Positions 1-13,476 of a stretch of DNA of 64,000 nt are shown one piece after another. How positions within the stretch are numbered: position 1 is the stretch's first letter; every line of letters begins with the position of its first letter. This DNA is from Squalus acanthias (Eukaryota): contig CM059431.1 of the NCBI GenBank assembly GCA_030390025.1, forward strand, positions 112,160,001 through 112,224,000, given 5' to 3'. Both the position numbers and the translations under genes were made by a program. The notes beneath the pieces were generated by a model. It saw only the letters and a program-made list of their open reading frames with translations. It ran no database searches and was not told the DNA's origin.

Positions 1-112
1 AAATCGCTGGGCGGAATAGTGCGGCCTCAGGCTGGTTTATGGATTCAGATAACTTTAACCCCACTCCCCACACGGCAATCCCACCGGGCGGAGAGGGGTT
101 GAAATTGTCCCC
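1..112. mobile_element. Right end of a Harbinger-type MITE (cut by window edge)
   Basis: GC-rich segment ending gaaattgtcccc, resembling the aattt..cccc termini of other Harbinger MITEs here. Confidence 0.45.
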
Positions 113-464
113 AATGTGATAGTCTTGGGATTCCCTTTTCCCAAGTTTGCCCAGTACAGCTACGAATGTTGTCTTTAAATGAGAACATGTTAAACAGCAG
201 AAAATTCAGACCTGCTTTCCACATGGAGAAAGCTGAGGGAATGTTCCTGGAGGAAACTCACGAAGACAATGTGAGCATGGGATAGACTTGGGCAACGGAT
301 TTTTTGTTCACTTTCCAGTCCTCCTCAAAACCTGGGATGGTCATCACAATCCTGGGTCCATGGGAATCTTCCTTTTGTAGCAAGTCTATTAAGTGCCAGT
401 TTGGCCCAGTTGATGACCTGTTTGTCTTATTCAGAAGGTTGCGTTCAAGCACCACTCTGGAAGC

Positions 465-720
465 TTGAGTAAGTAATCTAGGCTGACAGTCCAGTGCCGT
501 GCAGAAGGAGTGCTACATTATCTGAGGTGCTGTTCTGCAAATGAGACGTAAAACTGAGGCGCTTCTTGCAAATGAGGCCCTTTGCCTGTAAAGATGCCCT
601 GAGACTATTCAAAGAGGGCCAGGAGGCAGTTGCCTGAGCACTTCGTTGGTGCTGCTGATTTCTGCTGTATCTGTTCGAGGTCTTTTGACAATTCCACATG
701 TGTTATCAAAAGAAAATTAA
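465..720 (+). mobile_element. Degenerate Deu-domain SINE (SacSINE1-like)
   Basis: gagtgctacattatctgaggtgctgtt...atgagacgtaaaactgagg...gtaaagatgccc...actattc resembles the Deu-domain core. Confidence 0.6.
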
Positions 721-1199
721 ATTCCACATTTAACTTCTGAAACAATGAGCAAAGATGAATAAAAACAAAACCTAAATGAAAATAATTTTTGATTTTAATT
801 TCAACAAACCAAAAAAAGTGTCTGTGCAAATGTAGCCTACGCTGCAGGTTGCCTCAGTTGAAAATATCTGGGGCTTTTGTGAAGTATGGGAAGTGACAGA
901 AGGTAATATGATTCTCGTGAACTGAAGTATAAATGTCCTGAGGTGGTGAGCATTTGTATTCAACAATTTTTTTCCCCCTCCAGTCGGATGATGGGTCTAG
1001 CCGATGGTATGTGAAGCATTTAGAGCATGAGTAAGACCATGCAAGAGGTAGGCCATTTAAAATTTGTTTCAGGGTTGCTTCTCATCAGTGAATTGATTAT
1101 CTGCAGATACACTTTCCCTGTCATGTAGAAAGTGTATGATCAATCCCCAGAGTAGTTAATTAGGGGTAATAATACCAGGCCCTGGAAAGCAACTTATTT

Positions 1200-1327
1200 T
1201 AGGCATCATGGGGTATGGGGAGAGAGCGGGAATATGGTATTGAGATAGAGGATCAGCCATGATCATATTGAATGGCGGAGCAGGCTCGAAGGGCCGAATG
1301 GCCGACTCCTGCTCCTATTTTTCTATA
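1200..1327 (+). mobile_element. CR1 (HER1-type) LINE 3' tail
   Basis: gatcagccatgatcatattgaatggcggagcaggctcgaagggccgaatggcc..ctcctgctcctat, the same tail as the RT-coding CR1 copies in this window. Confidence 0.85.
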
Positions 1328-3134
1328 CTTGTGTCTGTAGTTGTACCACAATTATTGCAGCTCTAGGTAGGACCAAATAATGTACACTTAAGTTCCATGC
1401 CTTCTCTTTGCATCCTGGTATATTTGGTTTCTGGCAATCCCTGAAGTATAGTATTCCAATATTCCATAATCAAGAGGATAAAACTGCTTTAGCCATATGT
1501 AACTTATAAAAGAACAGAATGTTGTGATATGTACACTTTAGTGGAGTGATTTTCCAACTTTGGGGTGGGGAACCCCTGAGTGACCTATTCATGGAGATCC
1601 CCAGGAAATAGTGGAACACTCCCCTAGATCCCTGTTGCAATTTCTGCAACTCCCCCAAGGAAACAGTCTCAGCGCTGCAGAAAACCTTTATTAGTATTCA
1701 GCAACATATATGCAGTGCTAGTAAGTCAACAAGTAGAGACAAAATATAGACATCAGGATTGCTGAGAAACTGCACTCCTGGCATGCAGTATGCATGGACA
1801 CCAACAGAAATTTGACCTTGCAGAACCCCATGGCTCCCTGAGTGTTTGAGACGCTGTGCTTTGTCATGTTGAATTAAAGTCCCCGTTGGGTTCTGTCTGG
1901 CGTTCCTCCATGTTGAAATTGCTGCAATTGTTTTACATTGGAGCCACTCAGAGGTGACTTTAATTGAAATCTTGAAATGCAGAGTATATTCAATTCACAA
2001 ATGCAGTGGGGTTTGGTGCAAAACGATAATTTTCAGTAAAACATTGTCACAACTGTTAACACCTTTTGTACTGCTGTAGCCACGTTACTGAATCACAGTA
2101 CAAACTTTAATATAACTTGCAAGGTTTCAAACAACTTTACTGGAAGTTTCTTGTGCAATAGTGTACAAAGTAAACTTAACGTTGCTAGTTTTAGGTTCAA
2201 TTTGGTTGCTGGCACCCAAACTGAATTTAGCCAAACAGTGTGATGATACATATCTTCACACTAAATACACAAACTGCAACTAGTGTGAAGCAGAATATAA
2301 AAAGTTCCCAGGTGATCCATCAAACATCCTGGGAAGCTTATTTTAAGTCTTAATGTTAAATTATAGTGCCGTTCAATTGCCACTGGACACCTCTGAGCCT
2401 ATATGTAAGACACTTATAAAGGACTCCCTGTTGCCCTAGCCAAGAGGGCAACATTAAACCTGCAGACCCAAATTATACAGCCAGCTTCATGTAGCTCTAA
2501 CCAAACAACTGCTACCTGTAGTATAAATGTCCTCTTATTAAAAGCTTTCGAGTGTTAGACTTTCTTTTCCTATCTGATCCTACAGGTCTCTTCAGTAACT
2601 AGCCTATTATAAACTTCAAAAATAGGATTTCAGCAGCAGATGTGTATAGCCCATAATTTCCACTTCAGAGGAAATCACCGTTGGATGAATAATAAAATAT
2701 GTAATCACCGCCTTTTTTGATTTATTCTGATTAAAATTCATACTGTGTAGACCTACTTCAGTTGGTATATTGGTTGTTATTTTTGACAGGTGGGTTTGAA
2801 GATTGAGTGCTGGTTTCTTGTGCAGCTAATTACATCCAGCTTTGATCATCTTTGCCGCTTTGTGAATATTAGATTATTTGTGTGTGACATATATACTGAG
2901 ATATATTTAAAACATTCAACATTGCAGTTTTTAAAATCTTATTCAAATTCCTAATCTCTCGACATACCTATGAATTAAAAAATACTACCATCATGACTAA
3001 ATAAATTCTGAATTAACATCTTTTAAAGATACTCTCGTGTTTAAATCTCATTACTATTTACTCACAATATTCCTTAAAATCCATTTCCTTGATATTATTT
3101 ACAAATCATGCAGCATGTAAAAGGCAATCAATAA

Positions 3135-3297
3135 AGGCAGATTGATAGATTTTTGAATATTAAGGGAATCAAGGGATATGGGGATAGTTCAGGAAAGTGG
3201 AGATGAGGTAGAAGATCAGCCATGATCTTATTGAATGGCGGAGCAGGCTCGAAGGACCAAATGGCCTGCTCCTGCTCTTATTTTTTATGTTCTTATG
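3135..3297 (+). mobile_element. CR1 LINE 3' tail abutting the truncated left end of Harbinger copy 1
   Basis: gatagatttttg...aagggatatgggga...gatcagccatgatc...ttatgttcttatg. Confidence 0.85.
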
Positions 3298-3719
3298 CCG
3301 TGAGAGCACCACGAGATGGCGCTAAAATGCTCCTGAAGCCGGTTCCCGCGCCACACACCATATCCGTCTTGGCGGTAGCGCTGCAAGTAAACTCGGTTGT
3401 CAGGGACATTGCAATCACAGAGATCATGACGTCAGTGAGTGTGCAACGCTCACTTGATGCCCAATCTCCCAACTTCATTTTAGCCATTGAAATTACCGGC
3501 TGGAGAAAGCAACCACAGGTTGAGGTGGTGAGCGGCAGCAGGAAGCTGGCTCCAGCGACGCTATTTAACGGGATCATCACCAATCACTCACACCTGACCG
3601 GGTTTTGCAGTTTGAGTGGCTGTGAGATCATTCCTGCTACTCCAAAAGTTTACTTTAGTCATTTCAAGGTTATTTGGTATCAGGGAAGTGTTCTGGCAAG
3701 TACAAAACTCCCTCATTAT

Positions 3720-4830
3720 TTTGGAAACGTACTGGCAGTTGACCTCGCCCTGCAGGATCTACGGCGTAGGGAGCAGAGGCAGCGAGAAAGATGGGAACAT
3801 GTGGCCAGAGGGAGGTGGAGGGCCATCAGGACTCTCAACAGGAGGTCTTACCCTCCGAGGGTCTTCCGACTTCACTTCTCCTACCTTCAATTAAATGAGG
3901 AGCAGTGTATTAGAAGGCAGTGGTCATAGAACTCTGCCACCTCCTGCAACCAGACCTCCAACCTCAGATCAGGGCAACCACAGCTCTCCCAGTGGCAGTC
4001 AAGCTTACCGTGGCCCTCAATTTCTTCGCCAGCGGATCCTTCCAGTCTGCAGCAGGAGATATAGCGAATATCTCACAGTTCGCCGTCCATTGCTGCATCT
4101 GGGAGGTCACTGAGGCTCTTTACACTAGAAGGGTCTACATTGGCTTCCCGATCACCAGAGAGAAGCAGAACGAGCGTGCATGTGGCTTTGCCAGGATAGT
4201 GGAATTCCCCATGATGCAGGGCGCCATTGACTGCACCCATGTGGCTTTGCGGGCATTGCATAACAATCCTGAGATCTTCCGTAACCGCAAAGGCTACCAC
4301 TCACTTAATGTGCAGTTGGTGTGCGACCACACACAGTGAATCCTCAATGTCAATGCCCATTATTCTGGCAGCAGCCATGATGCCTTCATCCTGTGTCAGA
4401 CCGGTGTGCCAGCACTCTTCCAGCCACCACATCAAGCTTGAGGGTGGCTGCTCAGAGACAAGGGCTACCGCTCTCCACCTGGCTCATGACTCCCCTCCGC
4501 AACCCTAACACTCCTGCCCAGCACTCATAATGAGAGCCATGCTGCCACCAGGAGCATCATCGAGCAGACCATCGGCCTACTTGAAGCAATGGTTTCACTG
4601 CCTTGACCGCTCGGGAGGAGCCCTCCAGTACGCGCCAGAGCAGATGTCCCATTTCGTGGTGGTCTGCTGCATGCTCCACAATGTGGCTATCAGGAGGGCC
4701 AAGCCCTTGTCACCAGGGATTGCGGGACCACCTCAGGAGGAGGAGGAGGGAGAAGAATAGGTGGGAGGGAGAAGGCAGCCAGACAATCGGCGGTCCGTGA
4801 CCGGCTCATCAAACTCCGATTCGAATGAAT
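3720..4830 (+). pseudogene. Harbinger (HARBI1-like) DDE transposase, frameshifted and with stops
   Basis: ORF pieces ALNFFASGSFQ, GAIDCTHVAL, RNRKGYHSLNVQLVCD, CCMLHN and acidic C-terminal tract. Confidence 0.9.
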
Positions 4831-5007
4831 GAATGAAACCCAGATCCCCATTGCTCTCCACATCCCCATCATACCATCCCTGTCTCATGCCATATCACAG
4901 CGTCCTCCTGGGCGCAAAGCTGAAATCAGAGACACCACAAAAGATTCCAAACACAATTAATAAATTTATCTATATACATATCACACATATTACATCAACA
5001 CTATTAA

Positions 5008-6870
5008 CTAATTACCCTTGTGCAATCCCTTTGTGTGCTTTTTCCTACTCTAGTGCTCCTACGCAGTGCTCCCCCAGTGGCTGCAGCACGGCTGGTGGAA
5101 GGCTGCTGAGTTTCCATGCGGGAGACTTCAGATGGCCTTGCAGGACGACCTCGACCAGCTCTGGACCTAGAAGGCTGTAGACTGCACCACCTCAGCATAG
5201 GCGGCAGCAGTCTGGGCTGGCTGGATGACCGGCAGCGACAAGGGCAATGGCGGAGTGGCAGTGGTGGGAGCAGGAATGCTGTCATCCTGAGAGAGGACAG
5301 AAGGCTCCTGCTCCACAGGCTCACTCCCTCTCCCCCAGGGCAGCACCTCAGCATTCCTAGCAATCTGTTGGAGCTCAGATTGCTGGCCTGCTGCAACACC
5401 GTGAAAGCCCCGCTCGATGGTGGCAGACCCAGCCATGATGGCAGCAGTCAGACCTTGGGTGGCATCACGCTGAGACTGCATGAGAGCAGTCTGAGCTTCC
5501 GCTGTAGCACTAAGATGTTGGGTCGCTTCCGCCTGTACTGCAATGGAAGCTGCGACATCGCTCATCATGCGCGCCATCATATCTGGCGCGCCACGGTCTC
5601 TCCAGGAGTGAACCATCATTTGCAGGCTGGAAATGATGGGCTCCATGCTCTGCGTAGAGTCTTGTGCAATGTTGGAGGTGGACTCCTCCACGCTCCTTGC
5701 CATTGCTGAGAGGCTCTCTGGCACCCTTGCCATTGCACCTATCATTTCCATGTGCATGCCCACCACCCTTCTTCTGAAGGCCTCCCCATTGAGGTCCTCA
5801 TCTCAGTCCTGTGGAGCAGAACTTGCACGCGAACTCGCCCTCCAGGGAGTTGGCCCCCCAAGCTACCCTTTCCCCTGACCTTGCTGCAGCCCACTCATGC
5901 CCGGTGCCTCACCCTGTGCAGATTCTGCTATTACACTAGCCTCTAAAGAACGGGTAGTGCCAGTATCTGAGCTGGTGTCTGCGAGTGACAGATGCAGTGA
6001 TGCGGTGTCTTCTTCCTCCTCCTTCTCTTCCCCCCTCGCTCTCTGCAGCACCCTCGGGGACAGGCTGATTATCTGAAAGAAGAAAGGCACAAGAGTCGGG
6101 TTATGGTGAGGGGAGGGGGGCGGGGAAGCCAGAAATGCATGCATACAGCATGATTAACTTGAAAGTGAGAAATGATTGTGGGCTGAGGGGGAAGTGGGAT
6201 GTGAGAAGAAGGAGTAGGGATGAACATACCGTTGTTGTCCCCAAGGGGGTCAACGTCGCTGGTGGCCACGGTGCCCACGACCTGGTGCCCAATGATCTCC
6301 AGCACTCGACTCTCCAGCTGGCTCAGCTGTTCAATGTGGGCTTGGCCCCCACCTGTCCGCTCCTGCTCCCTCCTGTTGTGAGCCACCTTGGCCTGCAAGA
6401 GAAAGGAAAGTGTGTGAGTGAGTGAGTGTGGAACAATGTGTTTGGGTGATGTGCCTGCCATAGTTGAATAACTGTTATTGTGTGCAAGGTGTGAGATATG
6501 GGTGTGAGTGTTCATAGGTAGAGATTGTTGGTGGGTGAGTGCTGGGGGTGTGGTGCATTGAGCACTGTGTGAAGCTTGTAGTACAGATGATGGTATGTAG
6601 CATTTGTTGAAGCCTTCACTCACCCTGACCACGTGTGAGGTCGTTAAACTTCTTCCTGCACTGGGTGTGGGTCCTGGGGACCACAGTGCCGCCCATGACG
6701 TGGTCGGCTATCTCCCTCCACATATTGCAGCAGACTTGTGGTGAGGGCCTCCTGCCAGTTGGCGGGTACTGGACCACCCACCTTCTCCACCACGAAAACC
6801 AGTGCCTCAAGAGCTTCATCCGAGAACCTACGGGCTCTCTCCCTCCATCTCCGGTCTGCCGTTGTTCCTA
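5008..6870 (-). pseudogene. Harbinger ORF2: Myb/SANT-like protein, three exons (about 6624-6870, 6230-6392, 5008-6072)
   Basis: WREIA...RTHTQCRKKFNDL motif; GT-AG sites cagg/gtgagt, ttgcag/GCC, AACG/gtatg, tttcag/ATA; long Ala/Gln-rich helical exon 3. Confidence 0.8.
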
Positions 6871-6962
6871 CGGATGTCTTCTAACTAGTGTTTGGTTTGC
6901 TGTTGGGGCAGCTGCATAGCCAACAATCCTGACAATGAGGTGCTGCAGCATCAATGAACCTC

Positions 6963-8215
6963 CAACAACAACAACAACAAAAATTTGACACCGAGCCACA
7001 TAAGAAATTAGGGCAGGTGACCAAAAGCTTGGTCAAAGAGGTAGGTTTTAAGGAGCGTCTTAAGAAGGAAAGAGAGGTAGCGAGGCGGAGAGGTTTAGGG
7101 AGGGAATTCCAGAGCTTAGGGCCTAGGCAACAGAAGGCATGGCCACCAATGGTTGAGCCATTATAATCAGGGATGCTTAAGAGGGCAGAATTAGAGGAGT
7201 GCAGATATCTCGGGGGGTTGTGGGGCTGAAGGAGGTTACAGAGATAGGGAGGGGCGAGGCCATGGAGGGATTTGAAAACAAGAATGAGAATTTTGAAATC
7301 GAGGCGTTGCTTAACCGGGAGCCAATGTAGGTCAGCGAGCACAGGGGTGATGGGTGAACGGGACTTGGTGCGAGTTAGGACACGGGCAGCCGAGTTTTGG
7401 ATGACCTCAAGTTTACGTAGGGTAGAATGTGGGAGGCCAGCCAGGAGTGCGTTGGAATAGTCAAGTCTAGAGGTAGCAAAGGCATGGATGAGCTGAGGCA
7501 GGGACGGAGACAGGCAATGTTACGGAGGTGGAAATAGGCGGTCTTGGTTATGCCGTGGATATGTGGTCGGAAGCTCATTTCAGAGTCAAATATGACACCA
7601 AGGTTGCGAACAGTCTGGTTCAGGCTCAGACAGATGCTAGGGAGTGGGATGGAGTCAATGGCTAGGGAACAGAGTTTGTGGTGGGGTCTTCCCAATATTT
7701 AATTGGAGAAAATTTCTGCTCATCCAGTACTGGATGTTGGACAAGCAGTCTGTCAATTTAGAGACCGTGGAGGGGTCGAGAGAAGTGTGGTGAGGTAGAG
7801 CTGGGTGTCGTCAGTGTACAGGTGGAAACTGACGCTGTGTTTTCAGATGATGTCGCCAAGGGGCAGCATATAGATGAGAAATAGGAGGGGGCCAAGGATA
7901 GATCCTTGCGGGACACCAAAGGTAACGATGCAGAGTGGGAAGAGAAGCCATTGCAGGTGATTTTCTGGCTACGATTAGATAGATAAGAATGGATCCAGGC
8001 GAGAGCAGTCCCACCCAGCTGGACGATGGTGGAGAAGCGTTGGAGGAGGATGGAGTGGTCAACCGTGTCAAAGGCTGCAGACTGGTTGAGAAGGATAAGG
8101 AGGCGAGGAGGGATAGATTACCTTTGTCACAGTCACAAAGGATGTCATTTGTGACTTTAATGAGAGCTGTTTCAGTTCTGTGGCAGAGGTGGAAGCCGGA
8201 TTGGAAGTAGTGGAA
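6963..8215 (-). mobile_element. L2-clade LINE, 5'-truncated, inserted in Harbinger copy 1
   Basis: FQSGF..TETALIKVTNDIL; LHWLPVKQRLDFKIL; GPKLWNSLP; (TTG)n tail. Confidence 0.9.
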
Positions 8216-8618
8216 AAAACCTGTGGCAATCATGACTTGCAATTAGACTGCCCCTGATATTGGTCCATCTTTTCAGTGTAACGCCAATGAGCTTGGGCTT
8301 TTAGATGAGATGCATGACTGCAATCATTTTAATGAGGAGTGAGCATGAATTTTGCGTGCATTCTAGACGATTTTCAGGTGGCACTACTTAGTCTAAACAT
8401 TGCCCATTCCTTGGCTGTAACAAATTTCTAGCCCATAGTGTTTATTGACAGTTAAAGGGCTGTTATTCACATAATTTATATTGTGGATATCATTAGAAAC
8501 ATAGGTGCTTTTGTCCTCCCCAAAATAGTGACAATACTCTGCTCTGTAAGGGCTGAAGCGTTTAAATGACAGTAAGATATGTCGGAAAGATTCTAACGTG
8601 CATCATTAAATATACTAT

Positions 8619-8828
8619 TACGATAGCAAAATACTGCGGATGCTGGAAATCCGAAATAACAACAGAAAACGCTGGAAAAACTCAGCAGGCCAGGCAACAT
8701 CCGTGGAGAGAGAAAGAGAGTTAACGTTTCAGGTCGAAACCCTTCGTCGACCTGAAACGTTAACTCTCTTTCTCTCTCCACGGATGTTGCCTGGCCTGCT
8801 GAGTTTTTCCAGCGTTTTCTGTTTTTAT
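8619..8828. mobile_element. Penelope-like terminal fragment as a perfect hairpin with 14-bp target duplication
   Basis: 77-bp perfect inverted arms 8661-8737 and 8747-8823; flanking direct repeat attaaatatactat at 8605-8618 and 8829-8842; same family as 37748-37884. Confidence 0.7.
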
Positions 8829-9825
8829 ATTAAATATACTATGTCAGGTCTGAACACAAGATGGCAGTGTATGTATTCAGCTGATGTAACTTTATTCTGA
8901 AATGGCAGGCAGAAGTCTCCGAACTCCTTGGACAAGAATACCTTCCTGTGTAACTGGCAGTGCTTTATCTGCCGACTTGCTCTGATGCCAGGGATTTCCT
9001 GTTCCTTCCATTCGTTCTTCTCTTACTTCCTCCCACCATGCAATCTCCGCAGACCATGCCAGGGGTAACAGAGGGTTTGATGCTGCATGAGTTCCTTTGC
9101 CAACACCTACTATCATAACCGAAGGGAAGATGTGCGAATCAAAACTTCTCTGTCACTATATTGACTGGCAGGATTGGTATAAATTCGCTTAAACATGGGA
9201 ACAGTGGGAGTATCTGTGGGAGAAACTGTTTAAAATACTTGTTCCTCAGCTGCCTTTGACCAGCAGTTTTAAAATCTAAAACCTAGTACTGTACCAGGAA
9301 ATGACTGTTATCACTGAGTCATTTTTCTAATCATTTAGGATTGTGTCATCAGTTGGAAGATTGTAGTCCCTCTATCTTAAACAGTTAGACATTCTTTGAA
9401 AGAATACTTCTGTAGCATTACTGGAAGCAAAATATGATGCCTCACTTACCGTCAATAGCTACTCACTAAACTGGAAACTAATGTTTGGCCTTGTAAGGTT
9501 AGTAAAGTCAACAATAGTCTCTTACTCACAGAAGGATACAAGGCAGGCATGCAACAGAGCACCAAGCACTGCCCAGCTTCACCTGTCTCTTCCCATTCCC
9601 ATTCCCATTCCATTTACCTATTTTCCTTTTCTAACCGTGTCGCCCACTTCTCTGCCCCAAATACTTCTCCCTTGTTGTACTGATTCTATAAAGTCTTGAT
9701 AATCGCACTTGATGTCCTGATTGTAACCATCTTTGTTAATGAGCGGTCTGAGTGGGGATTCAAAGTTCGCGTCAGTTTAGTACGTCATTCTTGTTGGGAC
9801 TGTCACCACAGTAACCGCAGTCTTA

Positions 9826-10670
9826 GGGGGGAATTTTCCCAGCCCTGAGGAGGCGGGTTTGGAGGCGGGACTGCCGGGAAAATGGCAGAAACTGGGAGCG
9901 GGTACCGACCGCACTCCCAACCCGCCTCCACGCCATCTTCCCGGGAGGCGGGTCCCCGAGTTGCGCAGGGACCCGTCGCCTCGAGGCGGGAAGGGGATTA
10001 GAGCCAATTAACTGCCTGTTAACAGGTAGTTAACAGGCAGTTTTGAGGCTTATCCCCATTTTACCCCTGCAAGTGCGGGCTTCCCGACGGCTGCGAACCT
10101 CGCCAGGGTCAGTGAGGCGAGCAGTGGGTCTGCAGGGGTGAGAGGGATCGAAAAGTGCGCTGTGAAGGTGAGTGATGGGTGCAAGTGTGGAGAGGTAAGT
10201 ATGAGAGGTGAGTGTAACGTGTTAGAAAAAGTTTACTTACCTTTGTTTCTTCCTGCAGGCTTCAACCCTTGGGGATCCGGAGGTGCCTCATCTCAATGGC
10301 AGAGATGACAGAATGGCTGCTGCATTCTCAGATGCAGCAGCCATCTGATTTCTGCTGAGGAAAGAGGTTTTGGTGAGTATTTGTGCAAGGACTCACCATA
10401 GAACAGAGATTGTCAGTGTTTGACAGCTTCTCAAAGCTGTCAAACGCTGACAATTCATCTGTCAAAAATATTTGACAGATGAAACGTCATACGCTGACGT
10501 CCTCTGTCACCGGCTTTCCCTTAATTGTCCAGCTAAGCTCGCAGGACAAGCTTAACAAGGTCAATCAAGGGAAAAGAGCGTGGGTTGGCCGGACGTCGTT
10601 GGGGGCGGGACTAAAACCCGACAACCAGCAGTCCCGCCCCCAACGTGCCCCCATTGATAAAATCCAGCCC
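9826..10670. mobile_element. Harbinger-type MITE family A, copy 1
   Basis: TIRs ggggggaatttt / aaaatccagccc, flanks TTA and TAA; homologous to 20337-21146 and 48316-49122. Confidence 0.8.
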
Positions 10671-11287
10671 TAAGTTTGCATGTTCTTTCAATGTTACGAT
10701 TTTTTGACTTGCTCTTGCTTTGCTTGTTAGATCCTGATAAACTTGTACTTAGTTTCTTGTAGCTACAGTGCTGCTATTGTGTGTACGTAGTGTGATGTTG
10801 ACCTTTCTTACCCCTCTCATTTGTATTTTGCTTGCTTCTTTCCCTTTGCATGTTGTAGCTTTTACTAAAAAGCATCCAAAAATAAGAAGTAAAATAAATT
10901 GTATTAAACATAGTCTGGATACAGACATTTGCTGTGACATGAAGTTCTGCTCCAGTCATACCATGAAAAGATAGTACCGCTCAGAGACCTGAAATGGGAA
11001 TCCTGCACAAATATCTCGTCCCAGGCTGCCTTTGACCACAGGAGAGAGAGCTGCTAATGCATCATTTTATAACATTTAGACCTATTGGGCAATTCAGTAG
11101 AGCGCTGTTCCTCTTTAGCCATCTTTCTAACTTAACAAATTACAACAGGATTATGTTTAGTTATGTCTAGTCAGAGAGGGTCAAGCTACTGTGAAAGGGG
11201 AAGGGAAGGGATCTTCAACTGAACACTTACCAATATCCAATATGTTTCCAATATAATTATTTAGTGCAAGTTATTAATGTTATTAAT

Positions 11288-11422
11288 GTGCAAATTGGCT
11301 GCCATGTTTCCTATATTACAACAGTGACTACACTTCAAAAATAAAAGTACCTCATTGGCTGTAAAATGCTTTGGGACTTTCGGTGGTCGTGAAAGATGCT
11401 ATATAAGTGCAAGTCTTTCTTT
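11288..11422 (+). mobile_element. Deu-SINE 3' tail with L2-like end
   Basis: gtgcaaattggctgcc..cagtgactacacttcaaaa..gctttgggac..gctatataagtgcaagtctttc. Confidence 0.65.
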
Positions 11423-11769
11423 AATGTTGCACTGCTAAGTAAGAAAACATTTAATGAAATTGAATATATGATGTGGTTTGAATGATGATAAATGACATGC
11501 TTTAAGAGTTAAAACAGAATTGGGTAGTTTTAATAGAAATGCCTGTTCACAATTAAAATGGAGCCAGTCATGTATGTTTTCTAAGTCTGGCTAGACAACC
11601 CCACACGACACCAGATTGTAATAGATCATGAGAAATGTCTGCTGACAGTGTCATATGTTAAGAGGAGTTACGTTGCTGGTGACAGTTGTTCTGCTTCATG
11701 TATTCAAGGTGGCTTTGCTGCATTATGTGGTAACTGTGGAAAGTTTACAGAAGTGCCCACCTCTCCTGT

Positions 11770-12875
11770 AACCCCCTGCTTGAATCTCTCCAATCAGGTT
11801 TCTGCATCTCCCACAGCACTAATCAAAGTCATGAATGACATTCGCTCTGACTGCATTGTCCCTCCCCATCTTCCTTGACCTCTTTGCAGCTTTTGATACT
11901 GTCAATCACACAATCTCCTCCAATGCCTCTACTCCATTGTCCAGCTTCATGGAAACATCTTTGCTTGGTTCCTCTCTTAACTAACCTATTGTAGCCAGAA
12001 CATCTCCAGCAATGGCATTTCTTCCCATCCCTGCACCATTACCTCAGGAGTTCCTCCAAGAATTTATTTTTGGCTCCTCCTCTTTTTCATCTGCATGTCC
12101 CACGCATTCACCATCGAATCCACCGCCCTCCCTGGCCACTGAATTGGGCTGAACCACAGTCTTCACGAACATGGAGACCTGGTTGACCCCAAGCTAAGCT
12201 TTAGACCTCATAGCCATGTCCATCACAAAGACTGCCTACTTCCACATTTGCAACATCACCTGCCCCTGTCCTTATGTCAGCCCATTTGCTGCTGAAACTC
12301 TCACTCATGCCTTTGTCACCTCCAGAATCGATTACTCCAATTGTTTCCTGATCAACTTCCCATCCTCCACCTTCCATAAACTTCAGCTAATCCAATAGTC
12401 TGTTGCCCATATCCTATCTCACAATAAGTCACACTTACCCATGACCGCTGGCCACACTGACTTGCTTTCGCTCCTGGGCCCCCAGTTCCTCATCTAAAAT
12501 TCTCATCCTTGTGTTTAAATCCCTCCATGATCTCGTCCCTCCCGATCGCTGTAACCTCTTACAACCTTCCCATCCCACAACTCTCTGTTCCTCTGACTCT
12601 GGCCTCTTGTGCATCCCCACCCCCATCCCGTTCACCCTACCATTAGCAATCTGTGTCGTCAGCAGCCTAGGTCCCAGTCTCTGGAGTTCTCCCCTAAATC
12701 TCTCCTCCCTTCTACCTTCCCCATCTCCTTTAAAAACCGTCTTAAAACCCCCCTCTTTGAGCAAGCTTTTGGTCACCCTTCCTAATTGCTCCTCCTTTGA
12801 CTCAGTGTCCATTTTTCTTATGGCTCTTTGAAGCATCTTTGGAATGTTTTTATGTTGAAGGCGCTATATAAATGC
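11770..12875 (+). mobile_element. Old degenerate L2 LINE
   Basis: TALIKVMNDI; ITKTAYFHICNI..AAETLTHAFVTSRIDYSN; FKSLHDL; tail ggcgctatataaatgc. Confidence 0.8.
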
Positions 12876-13476
12876 TGCCACTACTTCACAAGACAGGGGT
12901 GATGATGAGGATCCTGCGAAAACACAAGATAAAGTATATAACTGAAGTAATCTAAAAATGGGTGTTCTGTACATCGTCCTTGGCATGCTAGATATCTGGG
13001 CAAGTGTCAACGCTCAAGGACATAGGGAGCTATGGCCCGTCTATGAGAGTAGTTTGAAATGTGGAAGCTAAAGTTATCGGGATTGCTAAGAGTAAAAGCC
13101 CAGCAAGGTAATGCCCTCTTCTGAGCTTGGAACTGAGTAGAAGAGCTTCGCTTTTCATTAAACCATACTGTTCCAGATGTGGCAGAGCTTAGTATTGATC
13201 AAAATGGAAAGTATAGTGGCCCATTCCCCAGTAGTAACATCGCACACCTCGATGAGCACAAAGATCCCCATGGCAAGTTTAAAGGGGGATAATGTACAGA
13301 ATTGAATGGGTTTGAGAGGATAGTGAGTGCAAATATCACTTTAATTGGGTTTACCTCTCTTGTACAGCTTAAAATCAATGCAATTGAGGAAAATGTGAAT
13401 TTTCTTGTTTTGAGATACAACATCTTTTATGTTAATTCTGTGCTGTTTTTCAATGACCGTTTTATAAAAATTTCAT

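Larger units (their letters stand above)
3298..8434 (+). mobile_element. PIF/Harbinger DNA transposon copy 1 (decayed; left TIR lost; L2 inserted near right end)
   Basis: Transposase on +, convergent Myb/SANT gene on -, right terminus aaatttctagccc at 8422-8434. Confidence 0.85.

Noticed and set aside
3222..3929. 235-aa ORF
   Set aside because: Chimeric read-through of a CR1 tail, Harbinger subterminal DNA and the transposase N-terminus
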